A stretch of DNA of 64,000 nt from Elusimicrobiota bacterium (GCA_036574205.1 JAINCQ010000028.1:64001-128000); one strand, 5' to 3'; positions 1-10,885 are shown, counted from the stretch's first letter. Numbers and translations: made by a program. The notes: generated by a model not told the origin, from the sequence alone.

Positions 1-11
1 TGAAAATAGAA

Positions 12-1355
12 ATGACAGACAATAAGATACTATCAAAAATAATGATATCTCCAGAAGAAATTATTAATTTGTTTAAGGTAAAGGAAATAGATAGGGAATA
101 GTCATTTGAGAAGATTAAGCCTTCTGATACCGGAAAGTGGACTCATAATTATCACAGATATCCTGCTAAGTTTATTCCACAATTAGTTGAGAAATTAATT
201 GATGAATACACTATATCTAATGAAGAGATTCATATAAATGATCCATTTATGGGTTGTGGAACAACTATTGTTACTGCTATTTCTAAGGGATTTAAAGCAA
301 GCGGGACAGATATAAATAAAATTGCTTATCTTATTACAAAGGTAAAATCCACGCCAATAAAACCAGAATATCTCAATAAAAAAATTGAGCAATTTATATC
401 TCAATTAAAAGCGTTAGATAGAGGAGGACTTTTTAATGATAAGATTGAGCCATTAATTCCTCAAAAACATATTGATAGGATTAATTACTGGTTTACAGAT
501 GAAAATAAAAATGAACTTGGAAAAATATTAAAAGTTATTTATGATGAAAATGATGAGGTTATAAGAAATTTTTTCCTTGTTGCTTTTAGCCACATTTTAA
601 AAAATTGTTCCAGATGGCTTCAAGGAAGTACAAAGCCCAATAGAGATTTGAAGAAAAGGCAAGTCAAAGCATATGAGGCTTTACTAAGACATTTGATAAA
701 GATGCAAAGAGGAAATGATGCTTTTTATAAAATCGTTCCGGAAAGAGTAATGAGGAATTTAAATCAATATTTAAATATTGAGCTCGGAGATGCCAGAAGA
801 CAACCTGTACCTGATAAAAGTGTAGATTTAGTTATAACTTCAAGTCCTTATGTGACAAGCTATGAGTACGCAGACTTACATCAATTATCAACTATATGGC
901 TTAATTTGGCAGATGATTTGACAGGATACAAGAAAAAGTTTATTGGTACCTCTCATAAAAAATACGAAAATAAAATAATAAGAAGTTCAATCGCCAGGAA
1001 TATAGTAGATAAGATTTCTATTAAAAGTAAAGTGCTGGCGAAGGAAATTGAGGCTTTTTTTATTGATATGGAAGAGGTTTTCGACGAGAGTTTTAGAATT
1101 TTAAAACATAGGGGTAGAGCTTGTTATGTTATAGGCAATACGAAATTGAAGGGAGTTGATATTCTTAATGCAGAAGTCTTTGCCGAAAGTTTGCAATATT
1201 CAGGTTTTAAACTTGATAGGATAATAAAGAGGGAAATTCCTTACAAAATATTGCCGCAGAAGAGAGATGAAAAGACAGGGAGATTTACTAGTGATTGTGA
1301 AGCAGATTTACAGGCATATCCTATTGAATATATTGTCATTGGATTAAAGGAGTAA
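12..1355 (+). pseudogene. Site-specific DNA methyltransferase (N4-C/N6-A amino-MTase) with in-frame TAG at 99-101
   Basis: ATG at 12 is in frame with the 249..1355 ORF and reads ...KEIDRE*SFEKIKPSDTGKWTHNYHRYPAKFIPQLV...DPFMGCGTT (motif I)...ITSSPY (motif IV). The listed ORF starts inside motif I, so the real gene must begin upstream of the TAG. Confidence 0.8.
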
Positions 1356-1360
1356 GAAAT

Positions 1361-2047
1361 ATGAAATTTGAGGATTTGAAAAAATTATATTTGCAGAAGA
1401 AAGAGCAATTTGGGGCGGAAAGCTACAAATATATATCAGAAGTATTAAAGGAAGCAAAAGAAATTCATAAGAGAGATTGGTTAAAACATCCGACTCCAAT
1501 TGGAGATCATGAACAGAGTTGGAGAGCTTTTAAAGGGAAAAATTTAGAAAAGCTGATCCAATGTATTATTACAGATGAAGTCAAAAGACTTGGCTTGAAG
1601 TTGGTTAATGGTAATCAGCTAGAACGAGCTACAAATCTTTCCAAAGAGTTAAGTCAAGTAAAACGAAATTTGGCTGTTGATTATGGAGAGTTTGGATTGC
1701 ATTTGCCAGATGTTGATATTATTATTTATAATCCTCAAAACTATAAAGTTTTAATTTTAATTTCGAGCAAAGTAACTTTGCAAGAAAGAATTGCACAAAC
1801 TGCATACTGGAAACTAAAACTTTCTCATGATGAAGCAACAAAACACATAAAGGTTTATTTTATTACCCCTGATGAAGATGGGACGTTAACCTATAGAAAA
1901 CCGGCTAAAAAGGGCAGGGCAATTGTAGAAATAGATTTAGATGGCAGTTATGTTTTGACTGATGAAAAAATAGAAGAAAGTGATAAAGTTAAACTTTTCA
2001 AGTGCTTTATAGATGATTTGAAAAAGTTGTTGAAAAATGAGATCTAA
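1361..2047 (+). CDS. Type II restriction endonuclease, BsaWI/CCGG-family-like
   Basis: QSWRAFKGKNLE, LPDVDIII, ISSKVTLQERIAQTAYWKLKL motifs; lies between two MTases. Confidence 0.7.
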   Translation: MKFEDLKKLYLQKKEQFGAESYKYISEVLKEAKEIHKRDWLKHPTPIGDHEQSWRAFKGKNLEKLIQCIITDEVKRLGLKLVNGNQLERATNLSKELSQVKRNLAVDYGEFGLHLPDVDIIIYNPQNYKVLILISSKVTLQERIAQTAYWKLKLSHDEATKHIKVYFITPDEDGTLTYRKPAKKGRAIVEIDLDGSYVLTDEKIEESDKVKLFKCFIDDLKKLLKNEI

Positions 2048-2723
2048 AAAACCCAAATTTGAAACAACAACACTATGGGACTTCCCAACTCAAAATTATG
2101 GGGATACTCCCCATGGCAATAATAAATATCCTGGTGTAACACCAGCGTTTGTTATTTGGAATCTTATTCAAAGATATACAAAAGAAGGAGATCTTGTAGT
2201 TGATCCGATGTGTGGCAGCGGAACAACTATTGATGTTTGCAAGGAAGAAAAACGTAAGGTTTTAGGTTTTGATATAGTTCCTTATAGAGAAGATATAAAA
2301 CAAGAAGATGCAAGGAAATTACCATTAGGAAATGAAACTGCAGATTTTATTTTTATCGATCCTCCTTATTCAGATAACATAAAATATAATGATCACCCTG
2401 ATAATATTGGTAATATATCTTGTGAAAATCCAATATTTTTTGAAGAATTAGAAAAAGTAGTGAAGGAGATGTATCGTATTTTGAAGCCAGGAAAATATAT
2501 TGCATGGCTTGTCGGAGACCAGGCAAAAAAGAAAAGATTTGTGCCAGTAGGATTTAAATTATATTTTATTGTTGAAAGATACTTTAAACCTGTTGATATT
2601 ATTTGTGTAGCTAGACACAACCAAACTTCTAATACACCACTTTGGCATGAAAGGGCAAGAAAGTATAATTTTTATCTTCGTGGTTTTAAATATTTGATAG
2701 TGATGCAAAAGAGCAGTAAATAA
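2037..2723 (+). CDS. Small DNA amino-methyltransferase
   Basis: DPMCGSGTT and FIDPPY motifs; overlaps the REase stop. Confidence 0.85.
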   Translation: MRSKKPKFETTTLWDFPTQNYGDTPHGNNKYPGVTPAFVIWNLIQRYTKEGDLVVDPMCGSGTTIDVCKEEKRKVLGFDIVPYREDIKQEDARKLPLGNETADFIFIDPPYSDNIKYNDHPDNIGNISCENPIFFEELEKVVKEMYRILKPGKYIAWLVGDQAKKKRFVPVGFKLYFIVERYFKPVDIICVARHNQTSNTPLWHERARKYNFYLRGFKYLIVMQKSSK

Positions 2724-2906
2724 AATTATCATATTTTATAAAATAATATCCATACTTTGTTTTTTTAAAAAGTTTTATCTTTTAAAATTAAAATTCTTTT
2801 AAATTTATTAATTTTTTACTGATTTGCAGCAGTTTTTAGTTCGTAGGATTTTTTAGATTTGATTCGGAGTTTTTTAATTTATCGCTAAAAAAAGTAAAAT
2901 TTGTTT

Positions 2907-4286
2907 ATGAAAATAAAATTTTGTGGAGCAAGTGGCGGAGATGTTACAGGATCAAAACATCTTATAAGCTTTAAAGGTGGAAGTATTCTTCTTGATGCGG
3001 GGCTTTTTCAAGGTAGAAGAAAAGAGACTATTGAAAAAAACTTAAATTTTCCATTTTTAGTTGATGATATTGACGGTGTAATAATTTCACATTCTCATAT
3101 AGACCATATTGGGGTCCTTCCAGTTCTTGTAAAGAAAGGTTTTAACAAGGGTATATATTTAAACAGGATAACTGCTGAGATATCCAGGATTATGCTTTTA
3201 GACTCTGCACGCCTTCAAAAAGAAGATGCAAAATTTTATAACAAAATACATCCCCAGGAAAAGCCAATAGAGCCGATTTATGACGAAGAAGATGTTCAGA
3301 AAGTTTTTGGATTGTTTAAAACCTTTGAAAGAGGAGAGTTTTTGCAGCCTATTGATGGAGTATATGTCAAATTTATAAATGCTGGACATGTCCTTGGTTC
3401 TTCATCTATTGTAATAAACGATGGTAAAAATAAGATATTGTATACAGGTGATATAGGAAGGCAAAATCAGCTGCTTTTAAAATCTCCGGATATTGAAGAA
3501 AATATAGATTGGCTTATTATGGAAACTACATATGGCGATAGGGATCATGACGATATAAAAAATGTATATCAGGAATTTTCCAGTATAATAGAAGAAGCGA
3601 TAAAGAATAAAAGTAAAATTATAATTCCAAGTTTTTCCCTTGAAAGAACTCAGGAGATAATATACCTTATTGATATGCTAATTCATGAAGAAAAGTTTAG
3701 AAAGATAGATGTTTATGTAGATAGTCCTATGAGTGTTAGAATAACCGATATATTCAATAAAAATCTTGGAGAGGTAGATTTTAATGTTTGTTTCAAAAAT
3801 TATACCAGGTTTGATAAGGATCCTTTCGGCTATGAGTATATAAAATATATTTCATCCAGAGAAGAATCTCAAAGGCTTAATCAAAAGGAAGGACCAATGA
3901 TAATAATCTCTGCTTCAGGAATGTGTGAGGGAGGAAGGATACTTCATCATATAAGAAATTCAATAGACAATGAAAAAAATATTCTTCTTATTGTAGGCTA
4001 TCAGGCTGAAAATACTCTTGGTAGAAGGCTTAAAGACGGCGCAAAAAAGGTTAAGATATTTGGGCTTGAACATAATGTTTTTTTTAAGGTCAGATCACTT
4101 GATTTTTTTTCAGCGCATGCCGGGCGAAGTGATCTTCTTGATTATGTCATGAAAATAAATCCCCAAAAAGGTATCTTTCTTGTTCACGGTGAAGAAAAAG
4201 CCAGAACATCTTTTAAATTCTTGCTTAAGGAAAATGGCTTTAAAAATGTTTTTACTCCGGATATGGGTGAAGAGTTTGAGATATGA
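2907..4286 (+). CDS. MBL-fold beta-CASP ribonuclease
   Basis: SHSHIDHIG, AGHVLGS, YTGD, METTYG, SGMCEGGR, FSAHA, LVHGE motifs. Confidence 0.9.
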   Translation: MKIKFCGASGGDVTGSKHLISFKGGSILLDAGLFQGRRKETIEKNLNFPFLVDDIDGVIISHSHIDHIGVLPVLVKKGFNKGIYLNRITAEISRIMLLDSARLQKEDAKFYNKIHPQEKPIEPIYDEEDVQKVFGLFKTFERGEFLQPIDGVYVKFINAGHVLGSSSIVINDGKNKILYTGDIGRQNQLLLKSPDIEENIDWLIMETTYGDRDHDDIKNVYQEFSSIIEEAIKNKSKIIIPSFSLERTQEIIYLIDMLIHEEKFRKIDVYVDSPMSVRITDIFNKNLGEVDFNVCFKNYTRFDKDPFGYEYIKYISSREESQRLNQKEGPMIIISASGMCEGGRILHHIRNSIDNEKNILLIVGYQAENTLGRRLKDGAKKVKIFGLEHNVFFKVRSLDFFSAHAGRSDLLDYVMKINPQKGIFLVHGEEKARTSFKFLLKENGFKNVFTPDMGEEFEI

Positions 4287-5557
4287 GAGAATTTGAAGTA
4301 GAATTTTCTAAGATTGTTTACGAGGGCAAGGCGCTTGGCAGAAAAGATGGGAAGGTCATATTTGCTTATGGGGCGCTTGCTGGCGAGAAAGCAATTGTAA
4401 AACCAATATTTGAGAAAAAAAATTATATTGAGGCTGAAGTTGTCTCTATTATAGATAAAAGCAAATTCAGAATTGATCCGATAGAGGATCATTTCCTTTC
4501 ATGTTCACCCTGGCAGATAATAAAATATGAAAAGCAGGTTGAGTTTAAAAAAAGACTAATTGAGGAAAGCCTTTTTCAGACCTCAAAAGAAACTATAATG
4601 CTTAATGATTTTATAGCTTGTGAAAAAAAATTTGGTTATAGGACAAAAATAGAATATAGTTTTATGGAAGATGAGGATGGTATTTTTTTGGCTTTTCATA
4701 AAAGAGGGGATTATTCAAAAAAAGTAAAGCTTATAAATGGATGCGCTTTAATAGATAATGAAGCAAATACCATCGCGCTTGATATTTTAAAAAAAATAAA
4801 CAAATTAAAAATACCTTTAAATATTCTTAAAACGCTTATAATGAGAAGAGCAGAAACTGAAGCTAAAATAATCGCTTCTTTGTTTATAAAAGACAGAGAG
4901 TTAAAATTTGAATTTGAGAAAGAAAATTTAAGGGGATTTAATCTTGTGTATTCAAATCCAAAAACTTCTATTTCCACAGTGGATGAAATTTTATATAAAG
5001 AGGGGGAAGATTATCTTATTGAGAAAATATGCGGAAAAAAAATTTATTATGGTTTTGATTGTTTTTTTCAAAATAATATTCCTCTTTTTGAAAAAGCCAT
5101 TTTAGAAATAAAAAAAGAAATTTCCGCTGCTAATAAGGTTCTGGATCTTTACTCAGGTGTTGGTGTAATAGGGATTTGCCTGGCTGATATATCAAAGGAA
5201 ATTACACTTATAGATTTAAATAAATCAAGTATAGAATTTGCGAAAAAAAACATAGAAATAAATAGTATAACTAATGCAAAAGCATTTTGTTTTTCAGACT
5301 CAAAGATAGACCTTGATTTTTTTGATGTTGATGTATTGATTTTAGATCCTCCAAGAGCAGGGATACATAAAAACACAATCAAAAATATTATGAAAGCGCT
5401 TCCGCAGAAAATTGTTTATCTGTCCTGTAATCCTATAACCCAGGGAAGGGATATGTGTTTTTTTCTTGAAAAATATAAGGTTATAAAGACGATTGGCTTT
5501 GATTTTTATCCAAATACCCCACATATGGAAAGCCTTATAATTTTAGAGAGAAAATGA
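4283..5557 (+). CDS. rlmD: RlmD/TrmA-family RNA (uracil-5)-methyltransferase with TRAM domain
   Basis: FFQNN, DLYSGVG, LDPPRAG, YLSCNP, DFYPNTPHMES; the 4Fe-4S Cys motif is degenerate (HFLSCSPWQ). Confidence 0.8.
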   Translation: MREFEVEFSKIVYEGKALGRKDGKVIFAYGALAGEKAIVKPIFEKKNYIEAEVVSIIDKSKFRIDPIEDHFLSCSPWQIIKYEKQVEFKKRLIEESLFQTSKETIMLNDFIACEKKFGYRTKIEYSFMEDEDGIFLAFHKRGDYSKKVKLINGCALIDNEANTIALDILKKINKLKIPLNILKTLIMRRAETEAKIIASLFIKDRELKFEFEKENLRGFNLVYSNPKTSISTVDEILYKEGEDYLIEKICGKKIYYGFDCFFQNNIPLFEKAILEIKKEISAANKVLDLYSGVGVIGICLADISKEITLIDLNKSSIEFAKKNIEINSITNAKAFCFSDSKIDLDFFDVDVLILDPPRAGIHKNTIKNIMKALPQKIVYLSCNPITQGRDMCFFLEKYKVIKTIGFDFYPNTPHMESLIILERK

Positions 5558-5605
5558 TAAAATAATTTTTAAGTTAGAGTTTTAAAGTTATCAAAAGGGG
5601 GCTTT

Positions 5606-6490
5606 ATGAAAAAAAGAATATTTTTTTCTCTTATTATTTTTGGAATGTTTCTTATCCCTTTTCTTATACTATCAAATCACTTTATAAATACGGTTAATGA
5701 GATAAATCTTAATGGAGCCCTGTCAAGGATGGAGTTTTCTATAAATTCAATATCTTCTAAACTTGCCGATACTCTCATAAAAGAATATGATGTTTTAAAA
5801 AATATAAGGGATAGTAATATAGAGGATAGTGTTATAAGGTCAAAAGCCAGAGAGATTTTAAATTCAAGCACAATAGTTAAGAAAATTTCTGTTTTTTCTC
5901 TTAATGGTTCTTTGATCTATTCTACCGATGCCAAAGAAAAAAAATCGCTTAAATCAGATAGGCTTTTTGAGACAGCAAAAGACATAAAAATTCCTGTTGG
6001 GATTGTGGCTTATCCAGATAACAGTCCGCCTGAGCTTATTATGGGGGAAAAAATTTCAGATAAGATAATAATAACTGTAATGGATTTAGGTTTTCTCAAT
6101 GAGCAGTTGATTAAAATATCCCGGAAATTATATGGTTCTATTTATCTTGTAGATGGAGATAATAACATTATATTTGACTCAAATTATGATTATATTTTTA
6201 ACTCCGGGACAAAGATAAATGAAAACATATCAACATTAATTTCTTCCCTTATTTCCAGAAATCTTTTCAGTTATAAAGGGATAATTTCAATAAATGGTGA
6301 AAAAACTTTAATAGCTATTTCCAATATTGAAGGCACTAAGTGGTGGCTTATTAATACAACTCATTATGAGAAGATGGTTGATATGGGGCTTATTTCCTGG
6401 GCAAAAAGGGTTGTTTATTTAGGTATAGCGCTTTTTATTGTTTTTAGTTATATTTCGGTTTTATTGATGGAAAGGTTTTATAACGCATAA
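5606..6490 (+). CDS. Membrane protein with Cache-like extracytoplasmic domain and no cytoplasmic output domain
   Basis: Hydrophobic helices at both termini; GSIYLVDGDNNIIF and ISNIEGTKWWLI resemble dCache segments. Confidence 0.55.
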   Translation: MKKRIFFSLIIFGMFLIPFLILSNHFINTVNEINLNGALSRMEFSINSISSKLADTLIKEYDVLKNIRDSNIEDSVIRSKAREILNSSTIVKKISVFSLNGSLIYSTDAKEKKSLKSDRLFETAKDIKIPVGIVAYPDNSPPELIMGEKISDKIIITVMDLGFLNEQLIKISRKLYGSIYLVDGDNNIIFDSNYDYIFNSGTKINENISTLISSLISRNLFSYKGIISINGEKTLIAISNIEGTKWWLINTTHYEKMVDMGLISWAKRVVYLGIALFIVFSYISVLLMERFYNA

Positions 6491-6539
6491 ATAATTTTGT
6501 GTTATAGTTTATCTTATTTTCCATTTTCAGGAAATATCC

Positions 6540-7008
6540 TGTAAGATATCTATACATACCTGTCTGCGTGCCTGCCTGAGCGAAGACACTCGCAGTCAGG
6601 CGGACACGCACAGGCAGGTTGGACTTTTCATTATTTTTAAATTGTTTACCTAAAAACCAATTTATTGGCGTTTTTCAATACCATAACATATAATCCATAA
6701 ACCCTATCATTTAAACTCCATATGATGAATATTACCTTTCTGGACGGTTTAACTGCTATGTCCCCTCTCCTTTTTTGAAGAGGGTTAGGGTGAGGAGATT
6801 TCACCCTCACCTTAATCCTCTCCCATCAAGGGAGAGGAAAATTAAGTGTCAATAAGGGAATTTAATTTTTTCACCCTCATCCTTCACCTTCCCCCATCAA
6901 GGGGGAAAGGACGGTTTGACCGTCTAAGGAAGGTAAAACCAGGTTTTGTTTGGGTTAAAAAACAATTATCCACAGTTTAACCACGATCGTGTAAAATTAG
7001 TGGATGTT
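6540..7008. repeat. Dispersed modular palindromic (REP/MITE-like) element, longest copy
   Basis: 6540-6921 is near-identical to 32721-33033; about 6728-7008 matches 49095-49286 in reverse; 6966-7008 matches 15488-15530. Contains nested hairpin CCTGTCTGCGTG..CACGCACAGGCAGG and CCTCTCCCATCAAGGGAGAGG. Confidence 0.9.
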
Positions 7009-7139
7009 AATTTAAGGTTGCGGGTTAATATAATTTATGTTTTTTTAGTTATATTTGTGTTTTTAAATAATAAATCCTGCTTAATTAATAAAACTTATTA
7101 GGTCTTTTCAATAATCTAAATTAGTATTGTAATACCAAT

Positions 7140-7169
7140 TTGACAGCTTATATATAACTTTAATAGAAT
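7140..7169 (+). promoter_or_regulatory. Sigma70-type promoter of nifU-nifS
   Basis: TTGACA (7140-7145), 18-nt spacer, TAGAAT (7164-7169); GGAGG RBS before ATG 7189. Confidence 0.55.
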
Positions 7170-7188
7170 ATATATTAGTGGAGGAGAG

Positions 7189-8022
7189 ATGTGGAATTAT
7201 ACCGAAAAGATGATGGAGTATTTTAGAAATCCCAAAAATGTTGGGGAGATTGAAAATCCTGATGCGGTTGGCGAGGTTGGAAGCATTGTTTGCGGTGATG
7301 CCTTGAAATTGACTTTAAAAGTAGATGAAAAAACTCATAAAATACTGGATGCTAAATTTAAAACATTTGGGTGCGCAAGCGCAATAGCCTCATCAAGCGT
7401 TTTGACTGAAATGATTATAGGTAAGACTCTTGAGGAAGCGTCTAAAATAACAAATCAGGATATAGCTGATTATTTGGGGGGGTTGCCTGAGCAGAAGATG
7501 CATTGCTCAGTTATGGGGATGGAGGCTCTTGAAGCGGCTATAGATAACTATTACACGAAAAAAGGAGGCAAAAAAATAATAGGAGAACAGGATAGGATTG
7601 TTTGTAAATGTTTTAGTGTTACAGAAAAAACGATTTTAAAAGCAATAGAGCTGAACAACCTTAAAACTGTTGATGAGGTTACTCATTTTACAAAAGCCGG
7701 CGGAATGTGTGGAAAATGCAAGGGTGAGATAGAAAAGCTTATAAAAGATTTTTGGGCTGCAAAAGTGAAACTAAGTTTTGAGGAAATGACTGTTGTGGAA
7801 AAAATTAAGGTAATTGAAAAAATTCTAAATGAAGAGATAAACCCCAAACTTAAAAATGATGGCGGACTGCTTGAGCTTGTTGATGTAGATGGCAGTAAAA
7901 TAAAGGTAAGGTTTTTAGGCGCCTGTTCAAGTTGTTCGTTAGCCGGAGTTACCTTTAAAGAAGTGGTTGAGAAAGAACTTAAAAATAGGATAAATGGCGA
8001 TATAGAAATAATTTTAGTTTAA
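7189..8022 (+). CDS. nifU: Fe-S cluster assembly protein NifU (three-domain)
   Basis: IscU-like CGD/FGC/KMHCS, BFD-like CKC..CGKC and C-terminal Nfu GACSSC. Confidence 0.95.
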   Translation: MWNYTEKMMEYFRNPKNVGEIENPDAVGEVGSIVCGDALKLTLKVDEKTHKILDAKFKTFGCASAIASSSVLTEMIIGKTLEEASKITNQDIADYLGGLPEQKMHCSVMGMEALEAAIDNYYTKKGGKKIIGEQDRIVCKCFSVTEKTILKAIELNNLKTVDEVTHFTKAGGMCGKCKGEIEKLIKDFWAAKVKLSFEEMTVVEKIKVIEKILNEEINPKLKNDGGLLELVDVDGSKIKVRFLGACSSCSLAGVTFKEVVEKELKNRINGDIEIILV

Positions 8023-8038
8023 AGTATTGGAGAAATTT

Positions 8039-9235
8039 ATGGATAAAGTTATTTATTTTGATAATAATGCGACTACAAGGGTTAGTGATAATGTTAAAGA
8101 TGAAATGGATAAATTTTTTACAGAATTTTACGGAAATCCATCAAGCATGCACTATTTCGGCGGGCAGGTACAAAAGTATATGGATGAGGCAAGAGAAAAA
8201 GTGGCGGAGCTTTTGGGATGTATGCCTGAGGAGATTGTTTTCACAAGTTGTGGAACTGAAAGTGATTCTACGGCTATATATAGCGCATTAAGGGTAAATC
8301 CGGATAAAAAACACATAATAACAACATCCGTTGAACATCCGGCGGTTTTAAATCTTGCCAAACATCTTGAACAACAGGGATACAGGGTAACATATCTTCA
8401 AGTAGATAAAAATGGAATGATAGATTTAAATGAACTTGAGAAATCAATATCCTCTGATACAGCAATTGTTTCAATTATGTGGGCTAATAATGAAACAGGG
8501 GTGATTTTTCCGATTGAAAAAGCTGCTGAAATAGCTAATAGAAAAGGTGTTTTATTTCATACTGACGCAGTACAGGCTGCGGGTAAAATACCTATAAATC
8601 TTTCTAAAACCAAAATAGATATGCTCTCAATTTCAGCTCACAAAATCCACGCTCCAAAAGGAATAGGAGCGCTTTATGTAAGAAAGGGGGTTAGATTCTC
8701 TCCTTTTTTGATAGGTGGACATCAGGAGAGAGGAAGACGTGCCGGAACAGAAAATGTTCCTTATATAGTAGCTTTTGGTGAAGCGGCGCGTCAGGCAATG
8801 GAGAATCTTGAAAAAGAAAATAAATATGTTAGATCTTTAAGAGAAAGACTTGAAAAAGGGATATCCGAAAGGATTCCAAATATAAGAATAAATGGTTTAA
8901 ATTCTCCGCGCCTTCCAAATACTTCAAGCATAAGTTTTGAGTATGTAGAGGGCGAGTCAATAGTCCTTCTTTTAAGCGAAAAAGGGATATGTGTTTCTAC
9001 TGGTTCAGCATGTTCAAGCGGTTCGCTTGAGCCTTCCCATGTTCTTATGGCTATGGGAATACCTTTTACATATGCTCATGGAACTATAAGGTTTTCTTTA
9101 AGTACTTACAATACCGAAGATGAAGTTGATTATGTTATAGATCAAACTGCAAACGTAATCAAGAAATTAAGAGAAATCTCTCCTTTTAGTGATTTAAGAC
9201 CTCGTTTTGAAAATGAGAAAGAGATTCATCATTGA
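8039..9235 (+). CDS. nifS: Cysteine desulfurase NifS
   Basis: YFDNNATT, HTDAVQ, SAHKIHAPKG, STGSACSSGSLEPSHVL; follows nifU. Confidence 0.95.
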   Translation: MDKVIYFDNNATTRVSDNVKDEMDKFFTEFYGNPSSMHYFGGQVQKYMDEAREKVAELLGCMPEEIVFTSCGTESDSTAIYSALRVNPDKKHIITTSVEHPAVLNLAKHLEQQGYRVTYLQVDKNGMIDLNELEKSISSDTAIVSIMWANNETGVIFPIEKAAEIANRKGVLFHTDAVQAAGKIPINLSKTKIDMLSISAHKIHAPKGIGALYVRKGVRFSPFLIGGHQERGRRAGTENVPYIVAFGEAARQAMENLEKENKYVRSLRERLEKGISERIPNIRINGLNSPRLPNTSSISFEYVEGESIVLLLSEKGICVSTGSACSSGSLEPSHVLMAMGIPFTYAHGTIRFSLSTYNTEDEVDYVIDQTANVIKKLREISPFSDLRPRFENEKEIHH

Positions 9236-9254
9236 TTTTTTATTTGGAGATAGA

Positions 9255-9785
9255 ATGGAAAATACGCTTTTAAACAGTATTGAGTATAAAATTGTAAAGA
9301 CAAGGTTTGGGATCTGGAAAAGCTTTGGATATCAAAATGGCAATTCATATCATGAATTTATTTCGGATTCAAAAATATTTGGCTTACCAGTTTTTCATTA
9401 TACCTACGGTATAAATCCTGAAACTGGTAGACGTAAGTGGGCGGAAGGTTTTATAGCGCTTGGAAGGTTTGCGCGTGGTGTTATTGCTATAGGACATATA
9501 GGGATTGGAGTTATTGCATTCGGACAGCTTTCGCTTGGTTTTTTAGTTTTTGCTTAGGCATCTATTGCTTTTATTTCGCTTGGACAGGTTTCAGTTGGTC
9601 TTTTTTTTGCATTGGGACAGTTTGCGCTTGGCTATGTTGCAATAGGACAATTAGCAGCTGGGAAATATATAATAGCGCAGAAAGGTTTTGGTGAATATAT
9701 TATCACCTCCGGTATAAAAGAGGCTAACATTGGAGATATCTTTAATTTTCTCAAGTCCACTTTTTTAAAATTTTTTTATAAATAG
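9255..9785 (+). pseudogene. Glycine-rich membrane protein with in-frame TAG at 9555-9557
   Basis: The frame continues past the TAG with the same repeat pattern: ...AFGQLSLGFLVFA*ASIAFISLGQVSVGLFFALGQFALGYVAIGQLAAG..., ending TAG TAA at 9783-9788. Confidence 0.7.
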
Positions 9786-9833
9786 TAAAATATTATTAAT
9801 AAATTTGGGATGTTTTTAATTTTTGGAGGCTAT

Positions 9834-10847
9834 ATGTTTAGGATTGTGTGTGTTGTTTTCTTAACAGTAAACTTATTATATGCTGAAAAAATAGAATTGA
9901 AAGATGGAAGCGTAATATATGGCGATTTTGAAGGGGTTATGGATGATTATTATGTTATCAGAACAAAATATGGGATTTTGAGTGTGGCAAAATCGGAACT
10001 TTTGACTCCACCTGATATTCAAATAGCCACAGGGGTTATTAATGGCAACAAAGGATATGAACTTAAAATAATAATAAAAAAATCAAGCGATGTATATACA
10101 AGATTTTTTTACGAAAATGATGTTATAACATCAACGCAAGTATTATCTTTAACAGGCGTTATTATTTCAAGCTCTGGATTTGTTAAAGATGGAATATATT
10201 ATGAATATGATGAAAGTGGTAATTTGATGGCTGAAAGAACAATAAAAAATTCTCTTGACAATGGTCCAGTAATAGAGTTTTATCCAGATGGCATAGTAAA
10301 ATCACGTATTGATTTTAAAGACGGGAAGATAAATGGAAAAGCTTTTTTTTATACTCCAGATTCTAAATTGATACTTGAGCAAACATATTCAAATAATGTC
10401 CTTGATGGTTTTTCCATAGAATATGATTTAGATGGTAATGTTAAATCCAGAGTTTTATATTCTCAAGGAAAAATAGCGGATAGTATAGCGAAAAAAGACG
10501 ATAGTGAGAAACAACCTGACGAACAGCTTGAAAATAAAATTATTGAAAATCCAAAAAATATCTCAACAGATAGGATTTCTACAAAGGTTATAAAAATAGC
10601 TCGCGGCAAAAAAATTTTTCTATATAAGAATAATAAATATACGGGAAGTTTTTCCATAGATGGAGATTATAATGTCATAGATATTAATGGGAAAATATCT
10701 AATGGAGAAATTATTGTTGAGGACGGGAAAACTAATTTGATTTTTAACTTCTCCAATAATTGGCCAATCAGCCTTAAAATTGTCATGGGTGGGGTTATCA
10801 AGGATGATTTTATATACGATGAAAATGGCAGGGCGAAAAGAAAATAA
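9834..10847 (+). CDS. Exported MORN-variant/YwqK-like repeat protein
   Basis: Signal peptide; repeats such as GIYYEYDESGNL, GPVIEFYPDGIV, GFSIEYDLDGNV; GGAGG RBS. Confidence 0.65.
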   Translation: MFRIVCVVFLTVNLLYAEKIELKDGSVIYGDFEGVMDDYYVIRTKYGILSVAKSELLTPPDIQIATGVINGNKGYELKIIIKKSSDVYTRFFYENDVITSTQVLSLTGVIISSSGFVKDGIYYEYDESGNLMAERTIKNSLDNGPVIEFYPDGIVKSRIDFKDGKINGKAFFYTPDSKLILEQTYSNNVLDGFSIEYDLDGNVKSRVLYSQGKIADSIAKKDDSEKQPDEQLENKIIENPKNISTDRISTKVIKIARGKKIFLYKNNKYTGSFSIDGDYNVIDINGKISNGEIIVEDGKTNLIFNFSNNWPISLKIVMGGVIKDDFIYDENGRAKRK

Positions 10848-10885
10848 AGACACATGATTCTGCTTGATAGGAGAAAATATTAAGG

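Noticed and set aside
6966..6974. oriC suggested by perfect DnaA boxes
   Set aside because: The boxes are single, dispersed and part of a repeat module; no dnaA/dnaN or box cluster.
7189..9235. Nitrogen fixation implied by nifU/nifS
   Set aside because: No nifHDK in the window; NIF-type systems serve general Fe-S assembly in many anaerobes.
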